This document shows positions 1-13,488 of a stretch of 64,000 bases of DNA, in pieces; position 1 is the first letter of the stretch, and each line of letters begins with the position of its first letter. The notes beneath the pieces were generated by a model. The model searched no databases. It was given only the letters and a program-made list of their open reading frames with translations, and had not been told where the DNA came from. Origin of the DNA: Malacoraja senta (taxonomy: Eukaryota); NCBI GenBank assembly GCA_038087875.1, contig CM075995.1, positions 5,954,001-6,018,000 on the forward strand. Direction: 5' to 3'. The translations under genes and the position numbers were made by a program.

Positions 1-746
1 ATCAGGGAGTGATGTTTCACCGACATTCGAGCTGCCTCCTGGTTTCGCCTTGTAGGAGGTGATTGCATTCAGGTCCCGCCACAGCTGCCGAGCATCTGTC
101 TCATCCTCCAGTTTGGAGCAGAAGTCCCTTTTGGCCTTTTTGATGGCCTTACCAAGGTCATATCTGGACTTCTTGTAGACCACTGTATCATCAGACATGA
201 ATGCCCGGTGTCTGGTCTTCAGAAAGGTGCAGATCTCAAAGTTCATCCAAGGTTTCTGATTGGGAAACACTCGGAAGGTTTTTGTGGGGATGCAGTCCTC
301 CACACATTTCTTAATGAAGTCTGTAACGACTGTGGCGTATTCGTTCAAGTTCGTTGCCGAGTCCTTGAACATTGCCCAGTCTACAGCAAACAGTCCTGGA
401 GTTGTTCCTCTGCCCCCCCCCCCCCCCCACCCCCGACCAGCTCTGTACTGTCCTCACCTCTGGGGGTGCGCTCTTTAATTGCTGCCTGTAGGCAGGAAGA
501 AGCAGCACCGCGGTATGGTCGGATTTACCGAAGTGAGGGCGAGGGATAGAGCGATAGGCATTCTTGATGGTGGTGTAGCATTGGTAGAGGGTGTTTGGTC
601 CTCTGGTGCAGCAGGAGACATGTTGATGGAAGTTAGGGAGTGATTTCTTTAGGTTTGCCTTATTGAAGTCCCCAGCAATGGTGGTAAATGCCTCAGGGTA
701 AGACGTCTGGTGTTTGTTGACCACTGCGTGCAGCTCCTCCAGTGCC
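1..746 (-). mobile_element. Rex1/Babar LINE fragment (APE endonuclease and linker)
   Basis: ORF 311-724 contains IAGDFNKANLK...CTRGPNTL...PHFGKSDH, homologous to the long ORF at 24545-27118. Confidence 0.88.
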
Positions 747-840
747 CTGATGAAGGAACTTTAATCTGAAACATTAGTTGTTTCTCTTCCCACAGATGCA
801 GCTTGACCTGCTGAATGTTTCCAGCATCTGCGTTATTTTT
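747..840 (+). mobile_element. Degenerate copy of the hammerhead-motif (Penelope-like) short repeat
   Basis: CTGATGA...GAAAC at 747-772, followed by the family body cagatgc...ctgctga...tccagca. Confidence 0.65.
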
Positions 841-946
841 AAAGTTACATTTGGAAACATTACCAATCAAAGGAAAGAAAACTTGCATTCTATATGAACA
901 TTCACCTCAGGACATCACATAGATATCCATAGCTTATGAAAACAAA

Positions 947-1095
947 TTAGTTTAGTTTAGTTTTTTAGTTTAGAGATACAGCCTGGAAACAGGCCCTTAG
1001 GCCTACCATGCCGACTAGCGATCCCTGCACACCAAAACTATCTTACACACTAGGGACAATTTACAATTTTACCCAGCCAATTAACCGACAAACCT
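947..1095 (-). mobile_element. HE1-type SINE, 3' part
   Basis: (TTTAG)n tail, gaaacaggccc, and gacaatttaca...aattaacc body shared with the copies at 2058 and 4070. Confidence 0.75.
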
Positions 1096-2057
1096 GAGAT
1101 AGACACAAAATGTGAGACAGGCAGCATCTCTAGAGAAGGAATGGGTGACCCTTCTTCAGTCTGCAAAAATGAAACACGGTTTACTTCTAAGGTTTTGATA
1201 TTCCCAAAGGTTTATTCTTAGGCCAACTGAAATTATACTTTTATCACTTGTCCTCCCCAACCCCTTTCCAACTACACAGTCGTCTGTGTCCACTTTCTCT
1301 CCTATTTTAGTTATACAATGCACTTTCAAAATTTTAACGGTGTTGCTTTACATCACAATTGTGATCTTTCATCACAATTTTTTCTGTCAAGTACCAATCA
1401 GGTCAAACATATCCTTACCTCTTCCTTTGGTACCCTGATGCAAACAAGATTCTAAAGCAGACCATTAAAGTGACTCGTCAGCATGTGTGGAGGGTGAAAC
1501 ACTTAATATTTCAAATAAGTGTGTTTTGTCACGCTTGTATTGTGCTTCATTAGACCAACGTGGGAGTCCATGGATAGAGGTGACACTTGTCGTGGAACAG
1601 AAAATCAAAGTATCCAGTATCTGTGGTTCCAGGACACTCAATTTAAAGGCATAAAGCTCATCTTTTTATACACAGTGTGACTGTCTTCTGACCTTAGCAT
1701 CAAGCTTAATAAGGATACAACAGATTGTAACCATTTACGCACCTTGTGGATCCACCTTTTTCTTTATGCCTCATTATCAGGTCGATTTGCCTGACTTCAG
1801 AGATTTTGATATTCCAGTCCTCATAGACTTTGTTCTTTACCTGAACTATTTGCTGGCTCTGCAAACGCTTTAAAGTTGCCTTTCACTTTCATCTTCCTGG
1901 AGCAAGGTCATCAACCTGAAATAGCCAACTAAATTCTTCTCTCAGCAGATATTGTTTGATCGTCCAAGTATTTTTAGCACTTTTAATTTATCCATAGTCA
2001 ACAAAACCTTATGTTTTTGCAAATCATGAGGTTGCTTATCATTAGAATGACTTTCCT

Positions 2058-2370
2058 GTTTAGTTTAGTTTAATTTTTTTAAAACAGGCCCATCGGCCCA
2101 CCGAGTCCGCACCGACCAGCGATCCCTGCACATTAACATTATCCGACACACATTACGGACAATTTACATTTATACCAAGCCAATTAATCTACAAACCTGT
2201 ATGTCTTTGGAGTGTGGGCGGAAATCGAAGGTCTCAGAGTAAACCCACACGGTCATGGGGAGAACGTAAAATCTCCGTACGGACAGTCCCTGCAGTCGGG
2301 ATCGTACCCGGGTCTCTGGTGCTGAAAGCACTGTAAGGCAGCAACTCTACCTCTGCGCCACCGTGCTGTC
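2058..2370 (-). mobile_element. HE1-type tRNA-derived V-SINE, near full length
   Basis: Minus strand begins gcacggtggcgcagaggtagagttgctgcc (A box), has a B-box-like ggtacgatcc, a central V-SINE-like domain, and a (TAAAC)n tail. Confidence 0.85.
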
Positions 2371-2570
2371 CCGTTATGCTCTTACATAACCTATCCGTAA
2401 TTAATTATCTTCCTTCTAATGCTGGTCAATAGTTCTTCACCATGTGGGTCTACTTTATATAACATACATGGATATCTACTTCACTGACCAAAACGTGCTG
2501 CCATTCATTCCCAACATTACACCAGCACTTTAGAATCGTATTGTACAGCACACAAATGGCTCCTGTCAGC

Positions 2571-2955
2571 CAATAGACAATAGATGATAGATAATAGGTC
2601 CAGGAGTAGACCATTCGGCCTTCGAGGCAGCACTGCCATTCACTGTGATCATGGCTGATCACCCACAATCAGTATCCCGTTTCTGCCTTCTCCCAAATCC
2701 CTTGACTCCGGTATCTTTAAGAGCTCTATCTAACTCTCTCTTGAAAGCATCCAGAGAATTGGCTTCCACTGCCTTCTGAGGCAGAGAATTCCACAGATTC
2801 ACAACTCTATGGGTGAAAATGTTTTCCCTCATCTCCGTTCTAACCCCTTATTCTTAAATTGTGGTCCCTGGTTCTGGACTCCCCCAACATCAGGAACATG
2901 TTTCCTGCCTCTAGTGTGTCCAATCCCTTAATAATCTTATATGTTTCAATAAGAT
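2571..2955 (-). mobile_element. CR1/HER1 LINE 3' end
   Basis: Same 3' UTR and (TCTATTG)n tail as the long copy at 4884. Confidence 0.85.
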
Positions 2956-3432
2956 GTCTGCAAGCCCAGATACAAACTAGATGTATTGTCTGCTATATCC
3001 TTGAGCAATAGCTTTCAAAATTTAAGCTCAACAACCGTGAAGTAAGTAACTGGCCATCTGCAGTTCTGCATAACAGCATTATTATTTTGATAGCAGAGTG
3101 CATTGGTAAAATGAGAGACCTTGTACTCACAATATAGCAGAAACTGTTTAATTGTAATTTGCCTTTATTCAATTGAGTCACATATTCATAAAATAAACTG
3201 CCAATTCTATGTTTGGCTTAAGCGTACGAAGGCAAATGACACAATGTGAGAATGAGCAATTCAAGCTTATTAATTCAGCTCCGCTCTATGATCTTTGGGT
3301 AGGACACCTACTGATGTGGAATAGTACCGCTTGTTCATGTGGCTGAAAGAAACAAGAATATTGACAGAATTATCAGCCAATTAGTTGGAGGCAGGGAGGG
3401 GCATGTCTAGACTTACAGCAAGCAGTTAATTG

Positions 3433-3837
3433 CAAAGATCCTATAGCGGAGCAAGATAGACCACTCCTGCTAAATGCAATGGACTGACATGTAGAACGCA
3501 ACGGAACGTCAACCTTTTATTCATCCATTTCCGTAACCGGACCCGACCCGACCCGACTCGCAGTTTAATCAACGTGGCGGGGGAATAGTTTGTGTTAATA
3601 AATTAAAATTCTGAAAATGAGGCGAAGATTTTTACCAAATAACTTTTATTTTTACGAGGATGTTTCCGGAACCGGCTTCCGTCTCCGCACTAGTTATCTT
3701 TGCTCCGCTATGGGATCTTTGGTGCGGAGACAGAAGCCGGTTACGGAAATGGGGCCTAAAATTACCCATGAATCTGCCCATGACCGTACTACGTCTTTTT
3801 CGTCGAGTGATCTATCTTGCTCGTTATAGGATCTTTG
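3433..3837. mobile_element. MITE with about 33-bp TIRs and a perfect 8-bp TSD (P-element-like or hAT)
   Basis: Ends are CAAAGATCCTATAGCGGAGCAAGATAGACCACTC and GAGTGATCTATCTTGCTCGTTATAGGATCTTTG. GTTAATTG is duplicated at 3425-3432 and 3838-3845. Confidence 0.88.
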
Positions 3838-4069
3838 GTTAATTGTACTGCAAATAAGAAAGTCAGAATGCAGAGTCTGTTCAAAGAGTGAAGGAAATGT
3901 AAATCATGACAATGACCCTTGCAACCTCTCCCAGTAAAAGCAAGTTAATTTCACCAAAAACATTCATTGTGAAACAGTTGTGTGCAGAAACCATCTCAGT
4001 GGTTTACAGCAATGCAGTCAAAAGGGTGATTGGCAGTGAAATTACCTGGTCATTCCTACTTTAGTTCAA

Positions 4070-4370
4070 TTAAGTTTAGTTTAGAGATGGAAACAGGCCC
4101 TTTGGCCCACCGAGTCTGCATCGACCAGCGTTCCCCACACACTTGCATTATCCTACACACACGAGGCACAATTTACAATTATACCAAGCCAATTAACCTA
4201 CAGACCTGTATGTCTTTGTAGTGTGGGAAGAAACCGGAGATTCCAGAGAAAACCCACGCAGGTCACGGGGAGAACGTGCAAACTCCACACTGACAAGCAC
4301 CCGTAGTAAAGATTGAACCCGGGTCTCTGGCGCTATAAGGAAGCAACTCTACCACTGTGACACCATGCTG
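4070..4370 (-). mobile_element. HE1-type SINE
   Basis: Colinear with the copy at 2058-2370. Confidence 0.85.
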
Positions 4371-4741
4371 CCCCACTTTGTCTGTGAACACTGCCCTAAC
4401 CTGATAGTATAACCTAGTTCCATTGTCAATCAATTGCACCTTGATGACCATTGATCATGGTTTACATTCCACCATTTGCTTTAATGAAAGAGTTGACATT
4501 ATAGTCATAGAAGTATACAGCACAGAAGCAGACCCACCATATCCACCATGACCATCAAGCACTCTTCTATGTGAATCCAATTTACCAGCACCAGGTCTGC
4601 GATGTCATTGCAATTTACCTGCTCATTGAGATACTTCTTAAATGTTGGAACATCTCTTGCCTCCATCTCTTCAACTTGTGCAATCCAGATTCTAACCATG
4701 CTCTGGGTGGGTCTTTTTTTCTCAGATCTTTCTCAGGTCTT

Positions 4742-4883
4742 GGTGGCGTAGCGGTAGAGCAACTGCCTTACAGTGCCAGAGACCCGGGTTCAATCCTGAT
4801 TATGTGTGCGTGTCTGTACAAAGTTTGTATGTTCCCCCCTTTGAACTACGTGGGTTTCTCCGAGCAGTTTCCTCCCACACTCC
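4742..4883 (+). mobile_element. HE1-type SINE, 5' part (truncated by the CR1 insertion)
   Basis: A box ggtggcgtagcggtagag and B box gggttcaatcc. Confidence 0.8.
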
Positions 4884-7800
4884 AATAGACAATAGACAAT
4901 AGTAGGCCATTCGGCCCTTCGAGCCAGCACAGCCATTCACTGTGATCATGGCTGATCATAGACATTCAGTACCCTGTTCCTGCCTTCTCATCATATCCCC
5001 TGACTCCGCAATCTTTAAGAGCTCTATCTAACTCTCTCTTGAAAGCATCTAGAGAATTGGCCTCCACTGCCTTCTGAGGCAGCAAATTCCACAGATTCAC
5101 AATTCTCTGGGTGAAAAAGTTTTTCCTCATCTCCGTTCTAAATGGCCTACCCCTCATTCTTTAAATGTGGGCCCTGGTTCTGTACTCCAACAATATCGGG
5201 TACATGTTTCCTGCCTCTAGCATGTCCAATCCCTTAATAATCTTATATGTTTCAATAAGATCCCTCTCATCCTTCTAAATTCCAGAGTATACAAGCCCAG
5301 CAGCCGCTCCATTCTATCCACATATGACAGTCCCGCCATCCCGGAAATTAACCTCGTGAACCTACGCTGTACTCCCTCAATAGCAAGAATGTCCTTCCTC
5401 AAATTTGGAGACCAAAACTGCACACAATACTCCAGATGTCGTCTCATTAGGGCCCTGTACAACAGCAGAAGGACCGCTTTGTTCCTATTCTCAGCTTTTT
5501 TCACTCTGCTGTACCTGCATGCTTACTTTCAGTGTGTGATGGACAAGGATACCCAGATCTGTTGTACTTCCCCTTTTCCTAACTTGACAGCATTCAGATA
5601 ATAATCTGCCTTCCAGTTCTTGCTACCAAAGTGGATAAGCTCACATGTATCCACATTAAACTGCATTTGCCATTCACGCAACCTGTCCAAGTCACCCTGC
5701 ATCCTCATAGCATCCTCCTCACAGTTCACACTGCCACCCAGCTTTGTGTCAGCTGCAAATTTGCTAATGTTACTTTTAATCCCTTCATCTAAATCATTAA
5801 TGTATATTATAAATAGCTGCGGTCCCAGCATCAAGCCTTGCGGTACCCCACTAGTCACTGCCTGCCATTCTGAAAGGGACTCGTTAATCCTTACTCTTTG
5901 TTTCCTGTCTGCCAATCCATTTTCTATCCATGTCAGTACCCTACCCCCAATACCATGTGCTCTAATTTTGCCACTAATCTCCTATGTGAAAGTCCAGGTA
6001 CACTACATCCACTGGCTCTCCCGTGTCCATTTTCCTAGTTACATCCTCAAAAAATTCCAGAAGATTAGTCAAGCATGATTTCCCCTTCTTAAATCCATGC
6101 TGACTTGAACCGATCCTGTTACTGCTATCCAAATGTGCCGCTATTTCATCTTTTATAATTGACTCCAGCATCTTCCCCACCACCAATGTCAGGCTAACTG
6201 GTCTATAATTCCCTGTTTTCTCTCTCCCTCCTTTCTTAAAAAGTGGGATAACATTAGCTACCCTCCAATCCACAGGAACTGATCCTGAATCTATAGAACA
6301 TTGGTAAATGATCACCAATGCGTCCACGATTTCTAGAGCCACTTCCTCAAGTACCCAGGGGATTTATTCAGCCTTCAGTCCCATCTGTCTACCAAACACC
6401 AATTCCTGCCTAATGTGAATTTCCTTCAGTTCCTCCGTCACCCTAGGTCCTCTGGCCACTAATACATCTGGGAGATTGTTTGTGTCTTCCTTAGTGAAGA
6501 CAGATCCAAAGTACCTGTTCAACTTATCAGCCATTTCCTTGTTCCCCCATAATAAATTCACCTGTTTCTGTCTTCAAGGGTCCAACTTTGGTCTTTACTA
6601 TTTTGTTCCTCCTTATGTACAGAAAGAAGCTTTTACTATCCTCCTTTATATTCTTGGCTAGCTTTCCTTCGTACCTCATCTTTTCTCCCCGTATTGCTTT
6701 TTTAGTTATCCTCTGTTGCTCTTTAAAAGTTTCCCAATCCTCTGTCTTCCCACTCATCTTTGCTATGTTACACTTCTTCTCTTTTATTTTTATACTGTCC
6801 TTGACTTCCCTTGTCAGCCAGGTCGCCTCTTACTCCCCTTAGAATCTTTCTTCCTCTTTGGAATGGACTGATCCTGCACCTTCTGTATTATTCCCAGAAA
6901 TACCTGCCATTGTTGTTCTACTGTCATCCCTGTTCAGGCCTCTTTCCACTCAACTTTGGCCACCTCCCTCCCTCATGGCTCCATAGTCCCCTTTGCTCAA
7001 CTGTAATACTAACACATCCGATTTTCCCTTCTCCCTCTCAAATTGTAGATTAAAACATCATATTATGGTCACTACCTCCTAATGGTTCCTTTACCTCGAG
7101 TTCCCTTATCAAATCCGGTTCAATACACAACACTAAATCCAGAATTGCCTTCTCCCTGGTAGGCTCCAGTACAAGCTGCTCTAAGAATCCATCTTGGAGG
7201 CACTCCACAAACTCCCTTTCTTGGGGTCCAGTACCAACCTGATTTTCCCAGTGTACCTGCATGTTAAAATCTCCAATAACCACCGCAGCATTACCTTTGC
7301 GATATGCCAATTTTAAGTCTTGATTCAACTTGCACCCTATATCCAGGCTACTGTTTGGGGGCCAGTAGATAGGGTCTTTTTACCCTTACAATTCCTCAGT
7401 TCTATCCATACTGACTCTACATCTCCTGATTCTATGTCACCCCTTGCAAGGGACTGAATTTCATTCCTTACCAACAGGGCTACCCCACCCCCTTTGCCCA
7501 CCTGTCTGTCTTTTCGATAGCACGTATACCCCTGAATATTCAGTTCCCAGCCCTGGCCCTCTTGCAGCCATGTCTCTGTAATTCCCACAACATCATACTT
7601 GCCTCAAGCTCATCCACTTTATTTCTAATACTTTGTGCATTCATATATAATACTTTTAATCCATTACTCACCTTGCCTTTCACATTGATTCCTATTTCAC
7701 TTGTCCATACTCTCCTTTCCCTTCGTGAGCTTTCTGCCCCATTAATTCTGGTGTCTTTCTTAACTTTTCCTATACTCTCCTTCGCTTTAACTCCATCCTT

Positions 7801-8540
7801 ATATTTCCAATTTGTCCCCTCCCCCCCCACTATTTAGTTTAAACCCACCCGTGTAGCAGTGGAAAACCTGCCTGCCAGAATGCTGGTCCCCCGCCTGTTA
7901 AGGTGCAACCTGCCCCTTTTGTTTAATTCACCCTTACCCCAAAACAGATCCCAGTGGTCTAAGAATTTAAATCCCTGCCTCCTGAACCAGCTTCTCAGCC
8001 ACACATTCAGATCCGCTATCTCCCTGTTCCTGCCCTCACCAGCACGAGGAACTGGAAGCAAACCGGAGATAACCACCCTGGAGGTCCTGCTTTTCAGCTT
8101 TCTTCCGAGTTCTCTGAGGTCACGCTGCAGAATCTCTTTCCACTTCTTCCCGACGTCATTTGTGCCGACATGCACTACCACTTCCGGCTGCTCACATTCA
8201 TTCTTGACGATGCCCATGACGTCCTGGATACTGGCACCAGGGAGGCAACACACCATCCTTGAATCCCGCCTGTTGCCGCAGAAACCCCTGTTTGTACCTC
8301 TCAAGAACAGGTCCCCGACTACCACGGCTCTGCCATGACGTCTGTCTCTTCGGCTTTGCTTCAGAGCCATGTTTTGACTCGCAGACCTGTCCCCCGCTCA
8401 GAATGGCAGTGTCTTCTGTCCCAACAGCTTCCAAGAGGGTGAACCTGTTTTCAAGAGGTACATCCCCCGGGGTCTGCTGTACTCTAAGCTTCCTTCTCTT
8501 CCTCCTCATCACCCACCTTCTCTTTTCCGGTACCTCATCC
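4884..8540 (-). mobile_element. Near full-length decayed CR1/HER1 LINE (ORF1 SGNH esterase domain plus ORF2 APE-RT)
   Basis: ORF 7834-8370 has VVVGD...CCLPGA...VVVHVGTNDVG...LHLNRRG. ORF2 fragments include ITETWL, IGDFN, GSDH, NYRPVSLT and SGVPQG, with multiple frameshifts. The 3' tail is at 4884. Confidence 0.93.
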
Positions 8541-8544
8541 ATGC

Positions 8545-9655
8545 TGGTCGTGATGCCTCTCTATCCTAACTCCATTTATCTGTATTTGGCTCAAATCCTA
8601 CTATGCCTTTCTTATCTACAAATCTGTCCAAATACCTTTTAACATTGTACTTGCATCTGTCTCTACCACCTCCTCTGGCAGCTTGTTCCTCATGACCACC
8701 ATCCTCTGTATTAAAAATTTACCTCTCATGTCTCATTTAAATTTCTCCCCTCTCACCTTAAACCTGTGTTCTATCGTTCTGGAATCCCCTGACCTGGGAA
8801 AAAGACTCTCCTATCTATGTCCCTCATAATTTAATAATCTTTTGTTAAGCCACCCCTCAACTTCTACTTTGTGATATGCTGCTGAAGCCAGGCGATTCTC
8901 TGCGTGCTGGTCCCAGATGTGGATCTGCTATCACTGTTAACGGCTTGATTGTAATCATGTATCGTCCGTTCATTGACTGGATAGCATACAACAAAAAAGC
9001 TTTTCACTGTACCTCAGTTCACGTGACAATAATAAACTAAACTATACCTGTTCCAATAAGAACAAACCTGATAAATACAGCCTTTATTCCAACATTCTGG
9101 TAATTTTCTTCATCAATGTTCCAAATGTGGTCTCACCAATGTTTTTTTGACATTGAATGTACAATGACTTCCCAATTCTTGAATGAATTGATCTACAATG
9201 GCAAGCCCAGGAAGGATTTGGTTAACATATAAGCATTTGAAGGCTCTGGAGCCTAGAAGGATGAGAGAGGATCTCATTGAAACTGAACGTATAATGAAAA
9301 GCTTAGATCAAATGGACGTGCAGTGGATGTTTTCAGTAGTGGGAGAGTCTGGGACAAGAGGGAATAGCCTCAGATTAAAAGGATGTACATTTTTGAATAG
9401 AGATGAGGAGGAATTTCTTTAGCCTGAGGGTGGTGTATCTGTGGAATTTATTGCCACAGACAGCTGTGAAGGCCAAAGAATTGGTTACTTTTAAAGCAGA
9501 GATTGATAGGTTCTTGATTAGTAAGGACGTTAAAGGTTACTGAAGAAAGCAGGAGAATTGGGTTGAGAGGGAAAAATAAATCTGCCTTGATTGAATGGTT
9601 GGGTAGACTCGTTGAGCCAAATGGCCTAATTCTGCTCCTATATCTTATGGTCTAA
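8545..9655. mobile_element. Cluster of old LINE 3' fragments: CR1 (-) about 8545-8865, Rex-type tail (+) about 8930-9045, CR1 (+) about 9243-9652
   Basis: Similarity to the 3' ends of other copies in the window. ORF 9198-9422 has LEPRRMREDLIET...GESGTRG. Confidence 0.7.
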
Positions 9656-10599
9656 GCATACAAAATGTCTTCTGCTCTATCCTATCCACCTCAGTCGCCA
9701 TTTTCAGCAACCTGTGGACTTGCACCTCAAGATCTTCTACACTAGCACTCCTGAGGTTCCTGTAATTTACTGCATATGTTCTACACTAAAGTGACTTCCT
9801 ATTAGCAACCTTCTCCTACCTTGCTCTCTTGTATGTTACAAATGCTGAATATCTGTTCATTTATATATTCACCTGTGTATTGTTGGGCTTCCTTTATTTC
9901 TCGCTCCTTTACTTGCTGAACTTCCACATTTCTGATGATGTGCAAAAAAAGGACATTGGGAAAAAAAAGCCTTTTTCAACCTGTTATTGTCAGCAGTTTC
10001 TATTTTTATTCCCAATTTCTTTAACTTCTCTCAGCATTTGTCTTCACATCATGACAACCCTGTTCCTCACTGTTCAACTCTTCAGGGATTAAAGCTCAAG
10101 TTTAATACTAGCCTGATATGGCATACTTCCTGGAAACTATTGATTTGACCAATAATACCTCACTTGTAAGTCCTAAAAGGATTATGGACTTTACTTTAAG
10201 GCCATGACTCACTTTTTTTGAAAGCTTACTAATTAATGGGCAGGCTCTGTTTTCAATAAGAGTTGGCTTTATCATTTGTGAACAGTCCTGCAGTACACAC
10301 ATCCTTTCAACTTCAAAACAGTCGTATTTCTCTTGCCAGTTGTTTGCTCTCGTTTAATTTTCCAAACAAAGGTTTGCATGTGCTTTTACTTCCTTTTCCT
10401 GACAGATTTCAGCTTTGTTTTTTTCTCACCAGCCCCTATTTTATTCTTTTGAAAATACTATTATATTTGTTGAATTCAATTTCAAATGTTTTCCATGGTG
10501 AGATTTAAATGCCTAGCCTGCTCCATGACTCTACGATGCATTTTCATTATTTATTGGCTAAAACGAGAGCAGGAGCCAAATAATCTCGACAGTATCATT

Positions 10600-11192
10600 G
10601 TCTGTTTAAAACTTGTTTTCACCTAGCTGACAATGGATTGCTTCCTTGATCATCGTTACTTTTTTGTGTATCTTTCATTTCTGTGTTCTATCTCTCTATA
10701 TCGCCGTCTATATCTCTCGTTCCCCTTTCCCCTGACTCAGTCTGAAGAAGGGTTTGATCCATTCTTCTTCCACAGATGCTGCCTGTCCCACTGAGTTACT
10801 CCAGCATTTTGTGTCCATCTTTGGTGTAAACCAACATCTGCAGTTCCTTCCTACACAGAATCTTTCTTATGTTCTATATACTATCCTGAAACTGAATTCT
10901 GAAATTCCTAAGTAAAATAATTTGACCATTTTCCAGTTGGAGAAATGTTCACAAATGCAAATTAGAGAATGGATTAAAAGATCTGAATTTTGAAAAGGGA
11001 AGAGAATGGTGTAAAAAATTACAATAGACTATTAAAGTGTAAACTCATGCACGATGTTCCTTCTGCAATGTTAAAATGGTCTTGCAGGTCCCAACCCTAA
11101 ATGTCACCTATCCTTGTTCTCCGGAGAAGCTGCCTGACCCGCTGAGTTACTCCAACACTTTGTGTTTTTTTTGTAAACCAGCATCTCCAGTT
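10600..11192 (+). mobile_element. Two copies of the hammerhead-motif short repeat (about 10600-10857 and 11085-11192)
   Basis: cagtctgaagaagggt...cagatgctgcctgtccc...gagttactccagca...gcagttccttcctacaca family sequence. Confidence 0.75.
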
Positions 11193-11670
11193 AACAATTT
11201 TCTACAATGAAATGAACTGGCTCATTCAGCTTTCCAATCTTGGACTTCTCATTGCACAGTGCAGGTGCAGAAGAGTGTAATTTACATCTGAAAACCAATC
11301 AATCCAATTGGAACCACTAGCAAAGCCAGTGTGGTCTGGTCCTCTGTGTAACTAGCATCCTGAAAAAGAATTCCAGAAAAATTACCAAAGACTCTGCTAA
11401 ATGTATAGTGCTGCGATAGCTGACTCTTTTGTGGTGCAGCCAGGTTAAAGCAGATATCCTTTATTTGTGTTTTGCTCCTCTTCTTCCTCTGCATATGGTT
11501 GATAAGTGGAATACCCATTATCACCTTATCAGTAGCTATCGTGCAATATAAATGAAAAGCTGATGGGAAAGCTATCCAATTATAATAGTTAAACAAGTTT
11601 TTAAATAACTGGAGTCACTACCTTTATATAATTAGGTCACAATTTCTAATGAAATACCTCAGGGTCCATT

Positions 11671-13000
11671 AATAGTAAGATTAAACGAGAACTTACCAGT
11701 TTGAAGTTTGATCTTTATTTTATGAGGAGTTACGTTGAGGGATTATGTGAATAGAAGGCCGTCAGCCCGCATGCGCGTCAATCTTCAAAGCAGCAGTGTG
11801 AAATCACAGATAAGTCTTTGAACTGAATATCGTAAGATTCGAGAAAACTAGAACTACCAGCTGATCTTTATGAGAGGGTTGGGAGTGGAGGGCACGTAAT
11901 CCCTCAACGTAACTCCTCATAAAATAAAGATCAAACTTCAAACTGGTAAGTTCTCGTTTAATCTTACTATTTTACTTCGGAGTCACGTGAGTGACTACGT
12001 GAAGATTTTGAAGCTCTGTGATTTCATGCCGTGGAACGAGTCCATGCATCACTCACTGCATCAATTGACCAAAGATGAGTGAACATTAATAATGCATTCA
12101 GACATGACATAGATTTAGACATGCCGATGCTTTTTAATGAACAAATGACAATAGAGTTGGCAAATCTAATTTGAGACCTGATGCCCCTGGTCTGCTCCAC
12201 TTGACTAAGCCATGAACATAAATAGTTGTTTTGCCTGCAGATGTAACCATCCTGTCTAGTCGCAGCTTATGCAATGACTGGACCCATTGCGCTGAACCAG
12301 CACCATGAACATAACTACTTTGTGAGTGAGTTTGACCAAGGACAGGGATGTAGCTGGAGCTCTCCGACGAAGCGGCGTCAGCACAATGTTAACCTCCCGT
12401 ATCTCTGCGTACCTGGGCCTGGAAGGTTTGAGTTGAAGATACCCTTCATGAATCTGGATATCAGAGGGTGAGACCCGCCAGAGTGGGTCCCGCTCCCTGC
12501 AGAAAATATGGAGAGAAGGCACGTTTGGCACAGTTAATGGTACTATAACTAATTTTTGTCAAAGACCCATTCGAAAATGAACTCCCAGATGTCAGTTATT
12601 CATGCCGTATATATGTAAATTAGCATTTAAACAAAATACTTCCCATCTCCTGATGACAAAATGTACTGCTTATCTGGTGTTATCCCTGCAATCTGCAGTG
12701 AGCACGTCCATGGTTCGGCCTAACAATCCGAGCTGCAGGAACAGAAGGAAATAGGCAACGTTTCGGGCCGAAACCCTTCTTCAGACTGATGTAGGGTGGG
12801 GAGAAGAAAGGAAAAAGGAATAGGAGGAGCCCGAGGGCTGAGGGAGAGCTGAGAGGGGGAGGAGACAACAAGGGCTACTGGAAATTGGAGAAGCTGTTCC
12901 TTCTTAAGCCTTTTAGCATAATTATTTTGACTATACTTCCAAATGAACTTCTTTATGTACTTCACACCCTCCAGGGTTCCAATCCCTCCTTCAGGCCATA
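11671..13000 (-). mobile_element. DIRS-type tyrosine-recombinase retrotransposon remnant (3' terminus/ICR plus decayed YR)
   Basis: A 79-bp near-perfect inverted repeat (11671-11749 / 11893-11971) contains ggtaag, as at DIRS 3' ends. Minus-strand fragments RFMKGIFNS, RPRYAEI, SLSLVKLTHKVVM and SAQWVQSLHKLRLD...LVKWSRPG resemble DIRS recombinase. Confidence 0.75.
12743..12893 (-). mobile_element. Hammerhead-motif short repeat inserted in the DIRS remnant
   Basis: Minus strand reads CTGAAGAAGGGTTTCGGCCCGAAACGTT at 12757-12784. Confidence 0.8.
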
Positions 13001-13488
13001 GTCACACCCTAACTTCTTATTCAAGGTTCCAGATAAATGCTTTAATCATTCGGCCTCTTCTGGAAATTTAACACACAATATCTGTAATGGGTTCTCGGTG
13101 TCAGTAGCACTATTTAGGTAATTACCCATTTCAGCCGACAATCACACAAAAGATCAATCTACACACCAACACAATGCAGCGTACTTCACACACTCGTATC
13201 TCCAGTCAGACGAGGCCCACACCATTCACACACAGTTCTCAAAGCTTCTTAAAACAGTAAATTAAAGCGGTAAACACACATCTTAAAGCAGTACCACAGT
13301 AGCACAATCACCCGAAGTTAAACACACAAGTATAAAGTATACAGCTATAACACAAGAACAAATTCACACTTAAGCAAGAGAATCTTAAACAATAGCATAT
13401 ACAGGTAGAATACAAGTGCAAAATCACACTTAAGCAAGCACATATAAGAACTAGCAACTATAATGCAAAATCAAACTAGAATATAATA

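Noticed and set aside
2290..2370. tRNA gene
   Set aside because: The A/B boxes belong to the tRNA-derived head of a SINE. The same applies to 4742-4800.
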